Assembly: GCA_965285935.1 (NCBI GenBank)
Contig: OZ260661.1
Span: 93,062,001-93,126,000, forward strand
From: Ophelia neglecta
Taxonomy: Eukaryota
Reading direction: 5' to 3'
DNA: 64,000 bases
Numbering within the stretch: the first letter of the stretch is position 1; each line of letters begins with the position of its first letter. Position numbers and translations under genes: made by a program. Shown here in pieces: positions 39,601 to 50,222 of this stretch. A model generated the notes under the pieces. It searched no databases. It had not been told where the DNA came from and was given only the letters and a program-made list of their open reading frames with translations.

Positions 39601-42600
39601 GGGAATTCCATAAAAAATAAACATCAGTGCAATTACCAATAAGCCTTCCTTTTCTGCCATCATACTCCAATGTCCTGCTATTCCAAAATGATTACTACCT
39701 ATAATGAAAAATAACCGGAAAAATTAATATCACGTAAATATAATATAGTTTTGATGTTGTACGCACTAATGCAAAAATAAATGCGACTAAGTTTCAATAA
39801 ATTAAATCATATTTCGACAGGCAAGCTTTTTTTATTGACCTTGACCGACATACAACACGAGAGAAAAGAGAGAGACAGAGACAGAGACAGAGACATGGTC
39901 ATGACTGTTAACTTAAAACTCGTGTTAAAACTTAACGGGCCAATGTGGCAGAAAAACTAAATCTTTTTCATTGGTAAATTAACGAAAATGATACTCGACG
40001 CACCTTTCACAGAAACGAGGCCAATTCCAACATCTTTAGCTTTCTTTATGGCCAGCTCCATAGCGAATTTACTAACAACCTGCCCTGGAGGAAACAAAAC
40101 GAAGAATTTAAGTAACGTCCGCTATCACTTATACCTAGATCAAAATATGCCAAAAAAGAAAGTAGAAGGCTACAGTTTGCCATGCTCTGAAACAATGACC
40201 TCGAAACGAAATACAGACACCATACGACAATGGAGCCAATGTTTTCTTTTCAGAATACCGCCCCATCATTAATTTAAATTAAAAAGTTATAATGCCAATA
40301 CTGTGGTAGCTTTAGGTATATTGACTACTAATACCGGGAAAGCTGATTGGCTGCATATTTTTGCTGAAGAACTAATGTCATGGAACGTTTTATGATATAA
40401 CTATTAATACTTGTAAACTATACTATTTAACTGTCTTTTTTAACTATATGATTGCTGTGTACTATTTATCGTAAAGTACTAGTTAGCGATTCCACGTTCT
40501 GCATTATTTATCTGTAAATATTGTAAAATGCAAGGAATATATCCCCGTTTCCTTGTTCGGTAAGCCAACACAGTTTGTTGTTCAGTAAGCCAACACCCAT
40601 TTAAGCATTACTGGGGCATTATATTGCATTCCATTGGACCTATATATTCGATACGTTGCTTCAATTTTTCTGGGGTGGGAAGGGAGGGGGGGGGGGGTAT
40701 TAGCCAAGAGACTGATTATATTTCCAGGGTACGTACACTATTCCCCTTGTCAGTTTTACTGGTTACACTATAATTATGTTATTACATTTCTATAAATGCC
40801 TTTAACCAAAATATAGTTTACTGTGTCCTGACCATGTAGTTCTTCTGGTGTAGATACTGGCAGTGTCTTGACAGAAATTTCCGACGTTACTCATTTTGCT
40901 CACTTTAACGAATCCCAATAGCCCCGCTGGCCTATAGATTCTAGTAAGTATGATCGACGGATCCACCGACAATAGTATATATTAACAAATCACGCTAAAG
41001 ACTTGGTTCTTCACGCCCCCGGTTTCGATATAGTAGAGAGTTTTAGATTTTTCTGGCGTGTCTGTCCAGGACATGTGCGGCCAAGCCAACCAGGCAATTA
41101 GGTCAGAATAGAGCCTGTCGTAACAAAATTTGCGTATTGAAGGCGTCATTTTTGTCTGATTGGCTGGCTGATTGCCTCACAAATCTAAACTGTCAATTGG
41201 TTCATCGCATTCGCAGGGTATCCTAGTACCATTTCCATAATGATCCAGGAGACATGATCATCAATGAGACATCCCAGCAAACAGTTAACGTAACCGTAAC
41301 GTCCCCTGCTAGTTATTTGTTGGTTAGTTCCTAACATGTCATTAATTGACGGTCTGATAACATTCTACGAACGATACACACGCTCCAAACAGAATTATGA
41401 TGCATGTCCGTTATCACGTATCTCTGGTTATAAAAAACATGTTTACAATAGTGTACAACAATGCTAGGACTCATCTGCACAAATATTGCAATTACGTTCT
41501 CATTAGGGTATTTTCACGTTAAGACATGACCTGACCTAGCTCCTTATGTAAGGTTTAGTTTCGACTTTTTTTCAAGTATGTTCAATTACATTTTGCCTTA
41601 TTTTGTATAATATAAAAAAAAATGTCAATTTTATTATTAAGTTCTAATTTAACACATTATTTGTGTTTTGTGTTTTTTTAACCAGAACATTATTTTTAAT
41701 GCAACTCACTGGTACCAGCTCTGTCGAGGTAGATACACATGTATGTCACATTATAGGTTGCGGTGAACTAAATAGCAATTATTCCATGCAGTGCTGCCCC
41801 CTGGTAGGTGTTCCAGAGCTCTCTGGGCAATAATAAAGTTGGCCAAGCTGGCCTGTCATTGGGCAAAAAAGGTAGAAAACATATCCGGATTGCCTGGTTT
41901 ATGTGTTAATAGTAAAATTTAAATAGTATGCTTCTGATAGGTAAACAATTTTTGACCCGGGATGTTATCGTTGTGGAATTGTGGGATTGCGAAAGACACA
42001 TCTTCATATTTAGGGGTTCACTTGTGCGGTATGGCTGCCACATGTGACAAAAACAAGTAAAATGGCCACTTTTTCTTCAAGAGCCCCTAGCAATTTTTTT
42101 AGCACATTTGCTATGCTGAATTACATATATTTTTCCCTAATACTTAGGCCTCTAGGCAGATCTAGTCGCTATAGGCCTATGCAGATTATTGTTGTGAAAT
42201 ACGAAAAAATTACGTCGAAAAGCCTCGATTTAACATGTAAGAGATATGAGATTTATTTAGATCCCTGCAACCTATAATGAATACATACTCGTAAATCTTT
42301 ATGACCAAGAATAAGGTTGTGATGATATCAAGACATTGCTCTATCAGGTTATCAATAAAACCGATGAAAGATCTTTACCGTATTCTGAAATAACACCGCT
42401 ATTTCAAGAATGCTTGAGATAAGCAAGTGTATTGTAGCCATCTACACAGTTCGAACGCTGCTCCCCAGCAGTTCCCACAGTAGACATGCATCTACACTGG
42501 AGGCATGGGACAGGACATGTGAGGACACCACATGGGGGTACCAACACGTGTATTGGCCTCACTCAGGTGATCTGATAAGCGCTAGCCAATGGGTTAATGT

Positions 42601-45386
42601 TCTTACCCGTTCTTTACACCTGATTAGCTCACCTGATTCTGGTTATTTATTATGGTGGGGGGGGGGGGGGCATTTATGATCCCCCTGTCAGGGATTCTGT
42701 GACCCTCCTCCTCATCCGATACACCATTGACTATTAGACTCAATCCCTCCATCCTCTCTACTGGGTTATTTAATATTTTCGCTTGGCATTTAATACATTT
42801 TATTATTTTCTTATTGCAAATAGAAGCATGTAGAAGAGAACACAAAGTTTCAGCAAACGAAGTGGACTCGAAAAATGCAGAGGACTCTATAATAAGCTCG
42901 TTATCGGGAGAAGCAAAATCTAGTAAGTATCTGAAGTTATACTATCATTGATACTATCATATATGATATAGGCTGATGCTTAATAGGTCGCACATAGTGG
43001 GTCACAACTCCCATACCTACCATGTTTGTTATATTTTAGTACAATATCTTTATATAAAAGTAGCAATCTTTAAAAATATTAAAACAAATCACCTCAAGTC
43101 AAGTCTGAACATGTTTTAATGAAATGGATATTAAAAGTGCACATAAATCCTTTTGACAAAATGCAGTTTCACTTGTCCAATTAATCTTTTAATATTCAAA
43201 ATAAAATACCGATAGAGTGATGTAATTTTATAGTAAGACTTTGTTTAAGATAACTTATTAAAGAACTGTTTTTTTTTTACATCTTTGCCTATCCTACATT
43301 AAACAGATTTTCTCTTTAAGCAAAACCATGCAAGGACGGGCCGAGCATTACTGAATGACAAGTTTGGATAATTTAGTTCGAGCTAGTTAATAGATGCTTA
43401 CAGTGATAATGTAACTTTTACCCATAAGTATTAATTATAGAAACGTGTTTTTATTTGTTGATTTTTTACGCTACATAAATGTTATCAAAAATTTTCCTGA
43501 TTTTAATCACATTATTTTGGAAGGTAATGTCCTTATAGCAATTAGAAATTTTTCCATGGTGTCTTGCTTGTAGTGTTGACGCTGACAAATATCCTGATTT
43601 TGTTCCGAGTCACATGTATATAATATTGTGTAATGTTATGTTTACGTGAATATTATATTTACAGGCGGATGTCCCTATTTATATAATTCTACGGTTTCAT
43701 TTGAGTAACTTAACATATAAGTATAATGATTACCCTTGATGAGGCTAAGTAAGAGGCGGTAGACTGTCGCTAAATGTCTTAGTGGCTGTCGCTAAACGTC
43801 ATAGTGGCTGTCGTTTAATGTCTTAGTGGCTGTCGCTAAATGTCTTAGTGACTGTCGCTAAATGTGTTAGTGACTGTCGCTAGATGTCTAAGTGACTGTC
43901 GCTAATTGTCTTAGTGATTGTCGCTAAATGACTATGTGACCTACCCATAGCGTTATTTCCGTCCACCCACGCCGTGGCCGGGGACTCCTTCAGAATCAGG
44001 GGAGCGTTCGAACAAACAGTAGTGCCAGCCTTGATCTCGTTAAGGTACATTTCTGTGGAGGAATTGAGAACCCAAAGTTGTTTCAGTGTATATATAGTCT
44101 ATATATTCTATATAATTGGTAAGAGTTTGTTGAGGGATAGCAAGAAATTTCAAAAATAAATCCTTCCAGGAACAGCAAATTCAAGGTCATCTATAAGTGA
44201 TTGGAATCCGAGTCATATGGCCTAATAACAATGCGAGAAAGCAAGTGACCATATGGTATGACAAGTTGGTCTTGCATTGCCGCGATCATATTTTCATCCA
44301 GGCCTTCACAATACTGTAGGGGGCCTACGGGTCTATTTTTACCTTTCTGGGTTTCAAAAATACTTGTCCTGCTCACAGTGGTCGAAAGGAGGCAGTTAAA
44401 TATTTCCACCACAACATTAAAATAAAACATTAAGTCGGTGGCGTTAATACATGATACGTAACATTCGCCCTGAACGGACTACACAATCAGAGGCCATGAA
44501 AACATAGGGTAGACCATGATAGATTAAAACACGAAAATTGGACCAAAATGAGTTCACAATAAAATGCATTGTATAAATCTATTTCTGTCTTTCACATTAG
44601 TTGAATATTTGCGTTTTGAACAAATGATTAACAAATATATTTTCATTGAGTGGAATAAAACTTCAGACTAGGGCTAACTGCACGACCTAATCATCAATGC
44701 TTTAATATGCTTACTGTAACGGTACTTTATTAGAACTCTACAACTTTTTCTCGCTCTGAATTCGTCAATTGGAGATTTTCGCGAACGTCGAGACCTTCTT
44801 TCTTGTAATTTTGATGTTATTCTGCGCGCATAATTGATTGCTTTTCTTCATAAAGTTGTTGCACCCAAAAAATGGATTGAAAAGGACGACCTTGATATTC
44901 GGTATCGGTATCATTAGTTAAAATTGTGAGAGGTAGCTCCGATAAATCGCGTAGGCTAAACTCGTAGCCTTTTTGGTCAATATATATATATATATATATA
45001 TTACCAAATGCCCCGACATGCTGCATGGGCCCTGGTGTCTTTATGCGGAAAAATGGGTTACTATCTGATAGACCATGGGTCACTGACCAAGGGTTCTTGC
45101 CAAACATGTCTGATAAAATATATTCATAAATAGTATTTAAAGATGCATCATTCTAATAATCAACGCTTGTCAATGATGAGAGAATATCCCTGTAGTTTTT
45201 AGCAGATTCATTCGCACCTATTCTGTTGAGTCCGTGACTGTAATGTCCCCGGTAATCAGCGTCTAACAGATTCTCAGCAAACACGTCTGCCTCTTCCTCG
45301 GTAGCGCCAACCGCCATGATACAGCGTCTGTGAAATGACCTCACTTCCGGTATAGAAATCACCGGCCAATTCTTCTTGTCGTCCAT
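30657..45386 (-). CDS. Ldh_2 family (malate/L-lactate dehydrogenase type 2, YjmC/AllD/DpkA-like) NAD(P)-dependent oxidoreductase, paralog 1, 362 aa, 12 exons
   Basis: Exons (minus strand): 45386-45218, 44052-43945, 40084-40004, 39698-39637, 39383-39330, 33266-33168, 33009-32944, 32754-32685, 32096-31978, 31524-31429, 31003-30896, 30713-30657. Sum 1,089 nt, open frame. Family motifs [63 protein letters not shown]. Confidence 0.92.
33805..35529 (+). CDS. LINE ORF1 protein (coiled coil, Pro-rich linker, C-terminal RRM-like domain)
   Basis: 574-aa intact ORF directly upstream of ORF2. Heptad-like segment ([21 protein letters not shown]) and C-terminal LYVGN...SVRVTI...[11 protein letters not shown], a pattern typical of LINE ORF1 proteins. 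Confidence 0.85.
   Translation: MSSDVSNSDSEAESQYEATQTESDIFKEIKETYGQLPRNDFVNDLRKKFDFDDLRHHRGALYDYCRTHVEGTPQGQLIKRRSEQMVAEDIYILFHYAEGDRSPDLVKMLNSASRKILLSQTMESKTSPIDESDPPNAASEAEDVESGGELEISQDSSPENSPRETEQVELIALCRELINVIQKEKSDFLSEINDLKMDNARLKQRIETLEENHKISLQQAGEIRANFNGLNTAVDKEIAAIRASLVTRCENLDKRLKSQNSLTSERENSHTEAVLVNQTGVLTDNLTRTLDTITDLANKRALASEKLEQEMRNITGSMKENVVGLQARVHSLSDTVTQMLMRGPRGPPTPPMTYIRPPPPVPHTTHLPINPVGMGLPNKEPLPVLIRQEHSPASVLGSCQAQTKNVESRSQGSGQKQESTSQDRPSEIDVSSPPLACSSQPVEENPCNSVENDSRVQSENTNIITPSLACDEPATDPSDSLEAFQTVRRKSKNRVLYVGNFRTSSLEMAKTKIVNYLSTRNVFVKQCYSLRVTEEGSGSVRVTIPAESVATLLTKGFWPTGVRCREWKFDDSTA
35532..39044 (+). CDS. LINE ORF2: apurinic-like endonuclease plus reverse transcriptase
   Basis: 1170-aa intact ORF. 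Endonuclease motifs SYNCWG, CIQEH, AGDLNA, QIDHI, SDHLP. RT motifs [28 protein letters not shown]-terminal CxxC...H...C. Confidence 0.96.
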   Translation: MEHTLRIISYNCWGAMASAMYLYYLINICDIMCIQEHHLSACNADFMRTLHSEFNSFVIIDSRMQELKHGRAGGMAILWRKSLDFMVSKINDICDDRIMGIKVHTANTEKSLYIFNVYMPSSNYCEESYHDYLIKIQSLVNYYNQEGMCVLAGDLNAQMGRLAGSRGKEPCTRRGKALSVVLNEISLLSVVCQSLCQGPLETFLKHGTSDGTQIDHICVPPVLLENVVKCNVFKDCVSNTSDHLPVYCELNVSVPRYYVTEVDRGYLNWKLSDIHLYRSTLEMAIEPIANRYESNRLQSPSEVSLIDSVLEEAIKTVNNVAGNCIPVSHKPHYQKPYWDTELNTLHRNQVHFRRRWIDAGKPRGNGFLPYKEYKKAKTQFRIAQYVKIRQRLDERTDKVASDTSLEAFWRYVRSKRVTDEGLHLIKSQGVTYSTPVDLRNMWASHFETLLNEQVNESDCFDNDFANTVKSELQICTESADSPEHDCDIPLESISAEEVEKIAKSLPNGKASGRDGLVYEHLKYGSRSLYKLLAMLYNDIILTCHIPRSLKQGVIVPLYKGKKKDKTDKNSYRGISLMSVLNKLLEKIVMTRLEPWMEENCFPGPLQHCKRLSNNVLLSFSVQESIRFFNERGGKVFAAFLDIEKAFDRVWWDGLLLKLFKLGIRGWLWRLIREWLDGSSSCVWVSGEYSDYFPVTRSIKQGGVLSTLFMAIAYYDLHETMTQTGDGLQVRGVDVGTPTLADDTALLSATHDGLQRMLDMAGEYSRKWRLIFSPSKSQVVVFGESTAQHRKNKENRQWYLNGKPIEEVFRLTHVGIELSANFVSSSRTDSMCKKGRQLFGGLSGIGVVNNRLNPLTSSKVWTQICLPSMLHGAEIWNDLSISENSQLEVVHRKAAKSIQGFLPRTHTEIALSAIGWTSIEAIIDQKKLMFMLKLATLPQTHLAAPLFEIRLQNYDCTDTKDSCKGFVPDVMRILQKYDLQESWLQFYSSLSFPTKQTWKQIVKEAIASKESVQRNSVAISKPGCAMFQKIHPHFIETPFVLYEIAKVSPSLLNNVMNLVYLFSLFNDNLEVSCVLCDEYVINPFEHMFCDGGCLVLTDLRNILWEDIVNLLGPADFVMLYNLSDSPRLVPVFLGNDESCQMVNSYVDLVELVVTTFGRYAKVMFSYSYIPD
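39068..39170 (+). repeat. Two tandem 50-bp units in the LINE 3' UTR
   Basis: TTGAATTGTAACGCT(A/T)TGAATGCCACTAT(G/A)TCTGTTGAATGTA(A/T)TTATCT occurs twice. Confidence 0.85.
41035..41194. mobile_element. Possible short MITE
   Basis: Imperfect inverted ends GAGAGTTTTAGATTT / AAATCTAAACTGTC. Single copy in window. Confidence 0.3.
41755..42273. mobile_element. MITE (about 520 bp), copy a, in intron 2 of paralog 1
   Basis: Terminal inverted repeats AGGTTGCGGTGAACTAAATA ... TATTTAGATCCCTGCAACCT, flanked by AT on both sides. Reverse-complement homolog at 45414-45907. Confidence 0.8.
43762..43937. repeat. 22-bp minisatellite, 8 units, at the start of intron 2 of paralog 1
   Basis: Consensus GACTGTCGCTAAATGTCTTAGT in direct tandem, no spacers. 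Confidence 0.9.
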
Positions 45387-45413
45387 CTTGAAATCTCGTC
45401 ACCTGATGGGTGA

Positions 45414-45907
45414 AGGTTGCAGGGAACTAAATAAATCTCCTATCTCTTACATGTTAAATCGAGGCTTTTCGTCGTCTTTTTTCGTATTTTCGCAACAATA
45501 ATCTGCATATAGCGACTAGTTCTGCCTAGAGGCCTATGTATTAGGGAAAAAATATCAAAAATTCAGCATAGCAAATGTACAAAAAAATTTTGCTAGAGGC
45601 TCGAGAAGAAAAAGTGGCCATTTTACTTGTTTTTGTCACATTTGGCTGCCATACCCATGATACCGCACAAATGAACCCAAAAATATCCACATGGGTCTTT
45701 CGGAATCCGACATTTCCAAAACAATACCATCCCCGGTCAAAAATTATTTACTATTCATAAGCATACTATCTAAATTTTACTATTAACACACAAACCAGGC
45801 AACCCGGGTATGTTTTCTGCCAATTTTATTATTGCCCTGAGAGCTCTGGAACACCTACCAGGGGGCAGCACTGCATGGAATAACTGCTATTTAGTTTACT
45901 GCAACCT
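45414..45907. mobile_element. MITE copy b, inverted relative to copy a, 27 bp upstream of the paralog 1 ATG
   Basis: TIRs AGGTTGCAGGGAACTAAATA ... TATTTAGTTTACTGCAACCT, flanked by GA on both sides. Absent upstream of paralog 2. Confidence 0.8.
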
Positions 45908-46547
45908 GAACAAATATTGTTTAATTTTTCGCCGAAGAACGCCTAGGCCTTAGGTTTGAAATGAAATACTAGATCTATTTACCTAATCGGATCCAAGTCC
46001 CCAAACTATTGATTTGGGATTTTTTAACTCAGCCTATTAGTCCGATTCCCATTTTATTGATTGTTTATGATAGTTCATCTTTTGTTTACTATAAACGTTT
46101 TCTATTATATAAAATAGTGTCATAGCAAATGGTAATCATTATACAAGGTAAAATATTTGCTGTATAATATTGGCTCAAGTACTGTATGGGACAGCAATGG
46201 AACGGATAACATTAATATATTTTTTATCTTATGTTAAAGCCAGGCTGTTGCAACATTGACAAGACAACATATTCTATAAAATTAAAATATCCAGAAAATG
46301 TATAATATATAGGCTAGTTAGTATTATCCAAAGTGAATACGAACGACCTATACATCATAGATCGGGGTCGTCAAATAACAACTCTTACATCATAATAAGA
46401 CCCGAAAAAACAATCAATACTAGAAAAGCCTTTCAGAAAAGGCCAGCTGTGCTAGTCTGTTCAATGCATTTGAACAAGTAAAAGGTTTACTTTATTACAG
46501 TAGTACAGCGAGTCTCGTAACTGGGCTCACAAGCACATAGATGACAG

Positions 46548-47826
46548 CCCTGACAATGTTAGATAGTTGTATTGGGAACTGCCCAGCAGTGACCTAGGTA
46601 TTCCTATATGTCTATGGACCTCGCTGCTCAGCTGAAAATCAGCATCTACTGGTGTATAAATATTGCCTATAGCGTTAATAACGGAATACTTGACATTGGT
46701 TAGTTTTAAATGTAATGTATTCTTTCAAACCGAGATTCGGCAGATCTGAAAGCCTCAACAATGTTTGTAAATTGATTTTAGAAAAAGTCAAACGTGTTAA
46801 AGGAATTCCCCTACAGGTAACTGGATTTTCAGGTAAGTGGGTAAACGGCCTTCTTTCTAATCTCACGTTCCGGACGAAATGAATCAGTTTCTCTAACTCT
46901 CCCACAAGAAACGCCTTGGGTAAATTTTTAGACTTTCGACCATAAGGGTTTCTCGCAGAACACCTGTATCCAGGAAGAACCAAGCTAACTTGCACAGCCT
47001 TAAAGCCCATCATGCAAATTATTCGAAGCCAGGGTTCTACAGACGAGAATTAGCTAGCAGAGCTAACAAGCTGCTACGACATATATTATCTGAGCTGATA
47101 AACTTGCATAGATTGGTATTTCATTTTAAATATTAAGGACAAGACTAAAACACGATTTAAATAAACTGCAACTTTGCCCTTATTATCATATAAATTAGCA
47201 AACGTTGTAAAGTCGGTGTAAATAAAAAAAAGTTATTTGTGGCGAGCGTGTGGAATATATCAAGGCTTTAAAGAAGAAGACTCATATGTAATTACGGAGC
47301 TAAACCCTCAGCAAACGCGAGCCTACGTTTCTTACATCGGTCTGATAGTTATGGCAAAGGGCAAACATACCTTAAATATGTTACCTTGTTCCGTTTCTTT
47401 GCCGCAGTAGCTGACACTATATTGCTGGTAGACTAGCGCTTGGTTTCTGCTCTTGACTGAAATCAGACCCGCTGTGAAGTATAAAATAAGCCGAGTGATA
47501 ACAACCCTAACAATGTTAGATAGTTGTATTGGAAACTGCCTAAATGCCTATGTGCCTATGGATCTCGCAGCTCAGTTGAAAATCAGCATTTGTTAGTGTA
47601 TAAATATTGCCTACAGCGTTAATAACGGAATACTTGACATTTTTTTAAGGGAAGTTTTAAAGGTAATGCATTATTGCAAGACCGAGATCCTGCAGATCTA
47701 ATAGCCTCAACAATGTTAAACTTTGTCAATTGATTTTAGAAAAAAAATCAAACATGTTAAAGGAATTCTCAATTAGATGACTGCATTTTTATGTAGGTGG
47801 GTAAACGGCCTTCATTCTAATCTCAC
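46548..47826 (+). repeat. Diverged direct repeat of about 320 bp (46548-46866 and 47505-47826)
   Basis: Both copies run from CCCT(G/A)ACAATGTTAGATAGTTGTATTGG through TAAATATTGCCTA(T/C)AGCGTTAATAACGGAATACTTGACAT to GGTAAACGGCCTTC(T/A)TTCTAATCTCAC. Confidence 0.8.
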
Positions 47827-48046
47827 TTACGATAAGCAGTGAATATCGCCACAATAGCCAATGGACTGACCAAGATAAAAGTCAAGGTCAATAATCCCGC
47901 GGCTACAGACTGAACTGATCCAACAAATGAACAGTTTAACAGAGCTCCTCTCAACTCAATAAAATGAATGAGTATCGCAAACATGGATCCTAGCCATTTT
48001 TCTTATATCACCAGTGAAATGTTTTCTATAAGCTAGTGCTCTGTGC

Positions 48047-50222
48047 CACGGGGGGAAAGCGCGAACGTAAATCCTGGAGTAAACTTCGGAGGTTCGCGTG
48101 TCATGACCGGAGGGAAATAGGTAAACAACACGCCTTTAGCTCTCATAATTTCTCCCTTTGACAAAAATCACAAAAATCATGACGTTCTGAATAGCTGTAA
48201 AGGTCGAAATAGTAATTCAGGAATCTAAAAAGCCTAAAACCGCGTTGTTTAGTCGGCGGGATCATCGTTTATTTTTGAAAAAAATGTCCAGCCATTCTGC
48301 TCCATATGGCCCTTCTTCAAAGTTCAACTAGCGAAAACCACAGTAAAGTGAAGGTATATATCGATAAAGATGCTTCCAATGCCTAATGAGCAATGTGTAG
48401 AATGTACCAGTGCCCGCTAATTACTCTTATTCAATGCTGAAAATATAGAAACATGCCAATTTGGGCAGTGTTTCCTTTCGTGTGTGAGGCGCTGGAGGTT
48501 CGCGGGTCATGTCAACTGATCCAATGCTTTGGAATGCATTGGATCAGTTGATATGGTTGTACAGGTCAACTCGCCCAGTATAGGCACCTCGCTCAATACG
48601 CATTCTGCTTAGGTTAGGGCTCAACTGGGTCTATATGTTGTGCAATATATGTAATTCATCTCTACTTGCGAAAATATAATGCATATATATCCAGTGTTTA
48701 TTATCAGGCAACAATGAACGGACTGGATGATTCAACCCAGGAACCCCTGACCTCATCCAATTTCTCGCCGACAAGGAGATACACATTATAGTAAAACTTC
48801 TATCTCATAGTAGTCACTTTCACCTTGATACATGAAAAGTTTCACCAGACAAATGATACTTTATCTAATATATCTAGGTCTTTGCAGGAATCGAATGAAT
48901 TGCCCGCCGAAAAGAACCCATCCTACCATTAGGAAGTGAACGCAACCATCTCTAAAACGTACCTGGGAAACTAAAAGCTACTTGTACCTTTGTATGGTGT
49001 CTAAAAATAACTGAAAACAAATATTTTGTAGTGGGCTATGTCTTGATTCACCAAATCAAAGAAAGAACACGGGTCTCGGAAAGCAGACGGGTCTTGATCG
49101 CGGATTTTCATCATTGAACGGAAAGACTTCTGTAAAAAATCCTTCCAGTTAAAGTTGTCACTCCGATTCTCACTCTGTGAGAACAACATTTTTCTATAAG
49201 GTGTTTCTTGGGTGCTTGTAATACCAAAGCTGCAGGAGGAATAGCATTGCTGGTGTCCCTGAACAGTCCACAATTGCCTCAACATCTGTACGGGGAGAAG
49301 CGCCTTCGACTAGATTTGTTCCTGTGCAGGGACAGAAACGTTTTCCTTTTTTTTTTTTTTGATTTGTTCCTGTGCAGGGACAGAAACGTTTTCCTTTTTT
49401 TTTTTTTTTTGACTTTATTTAAGACCGGCTTCATTTTGCCTAGATCAATGAATTGTAAAGCGCTTTAGCTTTTTTTTGCATGTAGAAATTAACCTTAATG
49501 TGAAATTCTAACGTTTATCCTACTATGTGAGAAGATGTCAGCAAGACGGGACATAATTTTGCATGCGATAAATTCATGAGGAAAGTCCCATTCTTCCGAT
49601 ACATGAATAGGGAAGTACACACATATTGGAAACATTTGTGAACTGAACTGTGAATTAAAAATACCGGTCAGGTCAATGAAGTACTAGGCTTAGTCTATAT
49701 CAACTGATCCAACGCATTCCAGAGCAAAGACCTCCTAGTCATGACACGCGAACCTCCAGCGCATAACACACGAAAGGAAAAACTGCCCAAATTGGCATGT
49801 TTCTATATTTTCAGCATTGAATAAGAGTTATTAGGGGGCACTGGTACATTCTACACATTGCTCATTAGGCATTGGAAGCATCTTTATCGATATATACCTT
49901 CACTTTACTGTGGTTTTCGCTAGTTGAACTTTGAAGAAGGGCCTTATGGAGCCGAATGGCTGGACATTTTTTCCAAAAATAAACGATGATCCCGCCGACT
50001 TAACATCGCGGTTTTAGGCTTTTTAGATTCCTGAATTACGATGTCGACGTTTAGAGCTATTCAGAACGTCATGATTATTTGTGATTTTTGTCAAAGGGAG
50101 AAATTATGAGAGCTAAAGGCGTGTTGTTTACCTATTTCCCTCCGGTCATGACACGCAAACCTCCGAATTTTACTTTCGCGCTCGATTTACTCCAGGATTA
50201 ACGTTCGCGCTTTCCCCCTTTG
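48047..50222 (-). mobile_element. Long-TIR DNA transposon, copy A (internally deleted, non-autonomous)
   Basis: TIRs about 48047-48551 and 49700-50222, starting CACGGGGGGAAAGCGCGAACGT (right end decayed to ...CCCCCTTTG). Flanked by GTGC on both sides. Interior is the reverse complement of copy B minus about 520 bp. Confidence 0.88.
49313..49412 (+). repeat. Local tandem duplication (about 48 bp) in copy A
   Basis: GATTTGTTCCTGTGCAGGGACAGAAACGTTTTCC plus a T run occurs twice; single in copy B. Confidence 0.8.

Noticed and set aside
41273-41320. CCCAGCAAACA start resembling a DNA transposon end; similarly TAGGGCTGCA near 63470
   Set aside because: No matching opposite terminus or second copy was found in the window.
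43762-43937. CRISPR-like array
   Set aside because: Units are directly adjacent with no unique spacers, there are no cas genes, and the context is a eukaryotic intron.
30657-45386. Paralog 1 as a pseudogene, or Ldh_2 as bacterial contamination
   Set aside because: All 12 exons are open with GT/AG sites, the insertions are intronic or upstream, and 11 introns show it is a resident eukaryotic gene.
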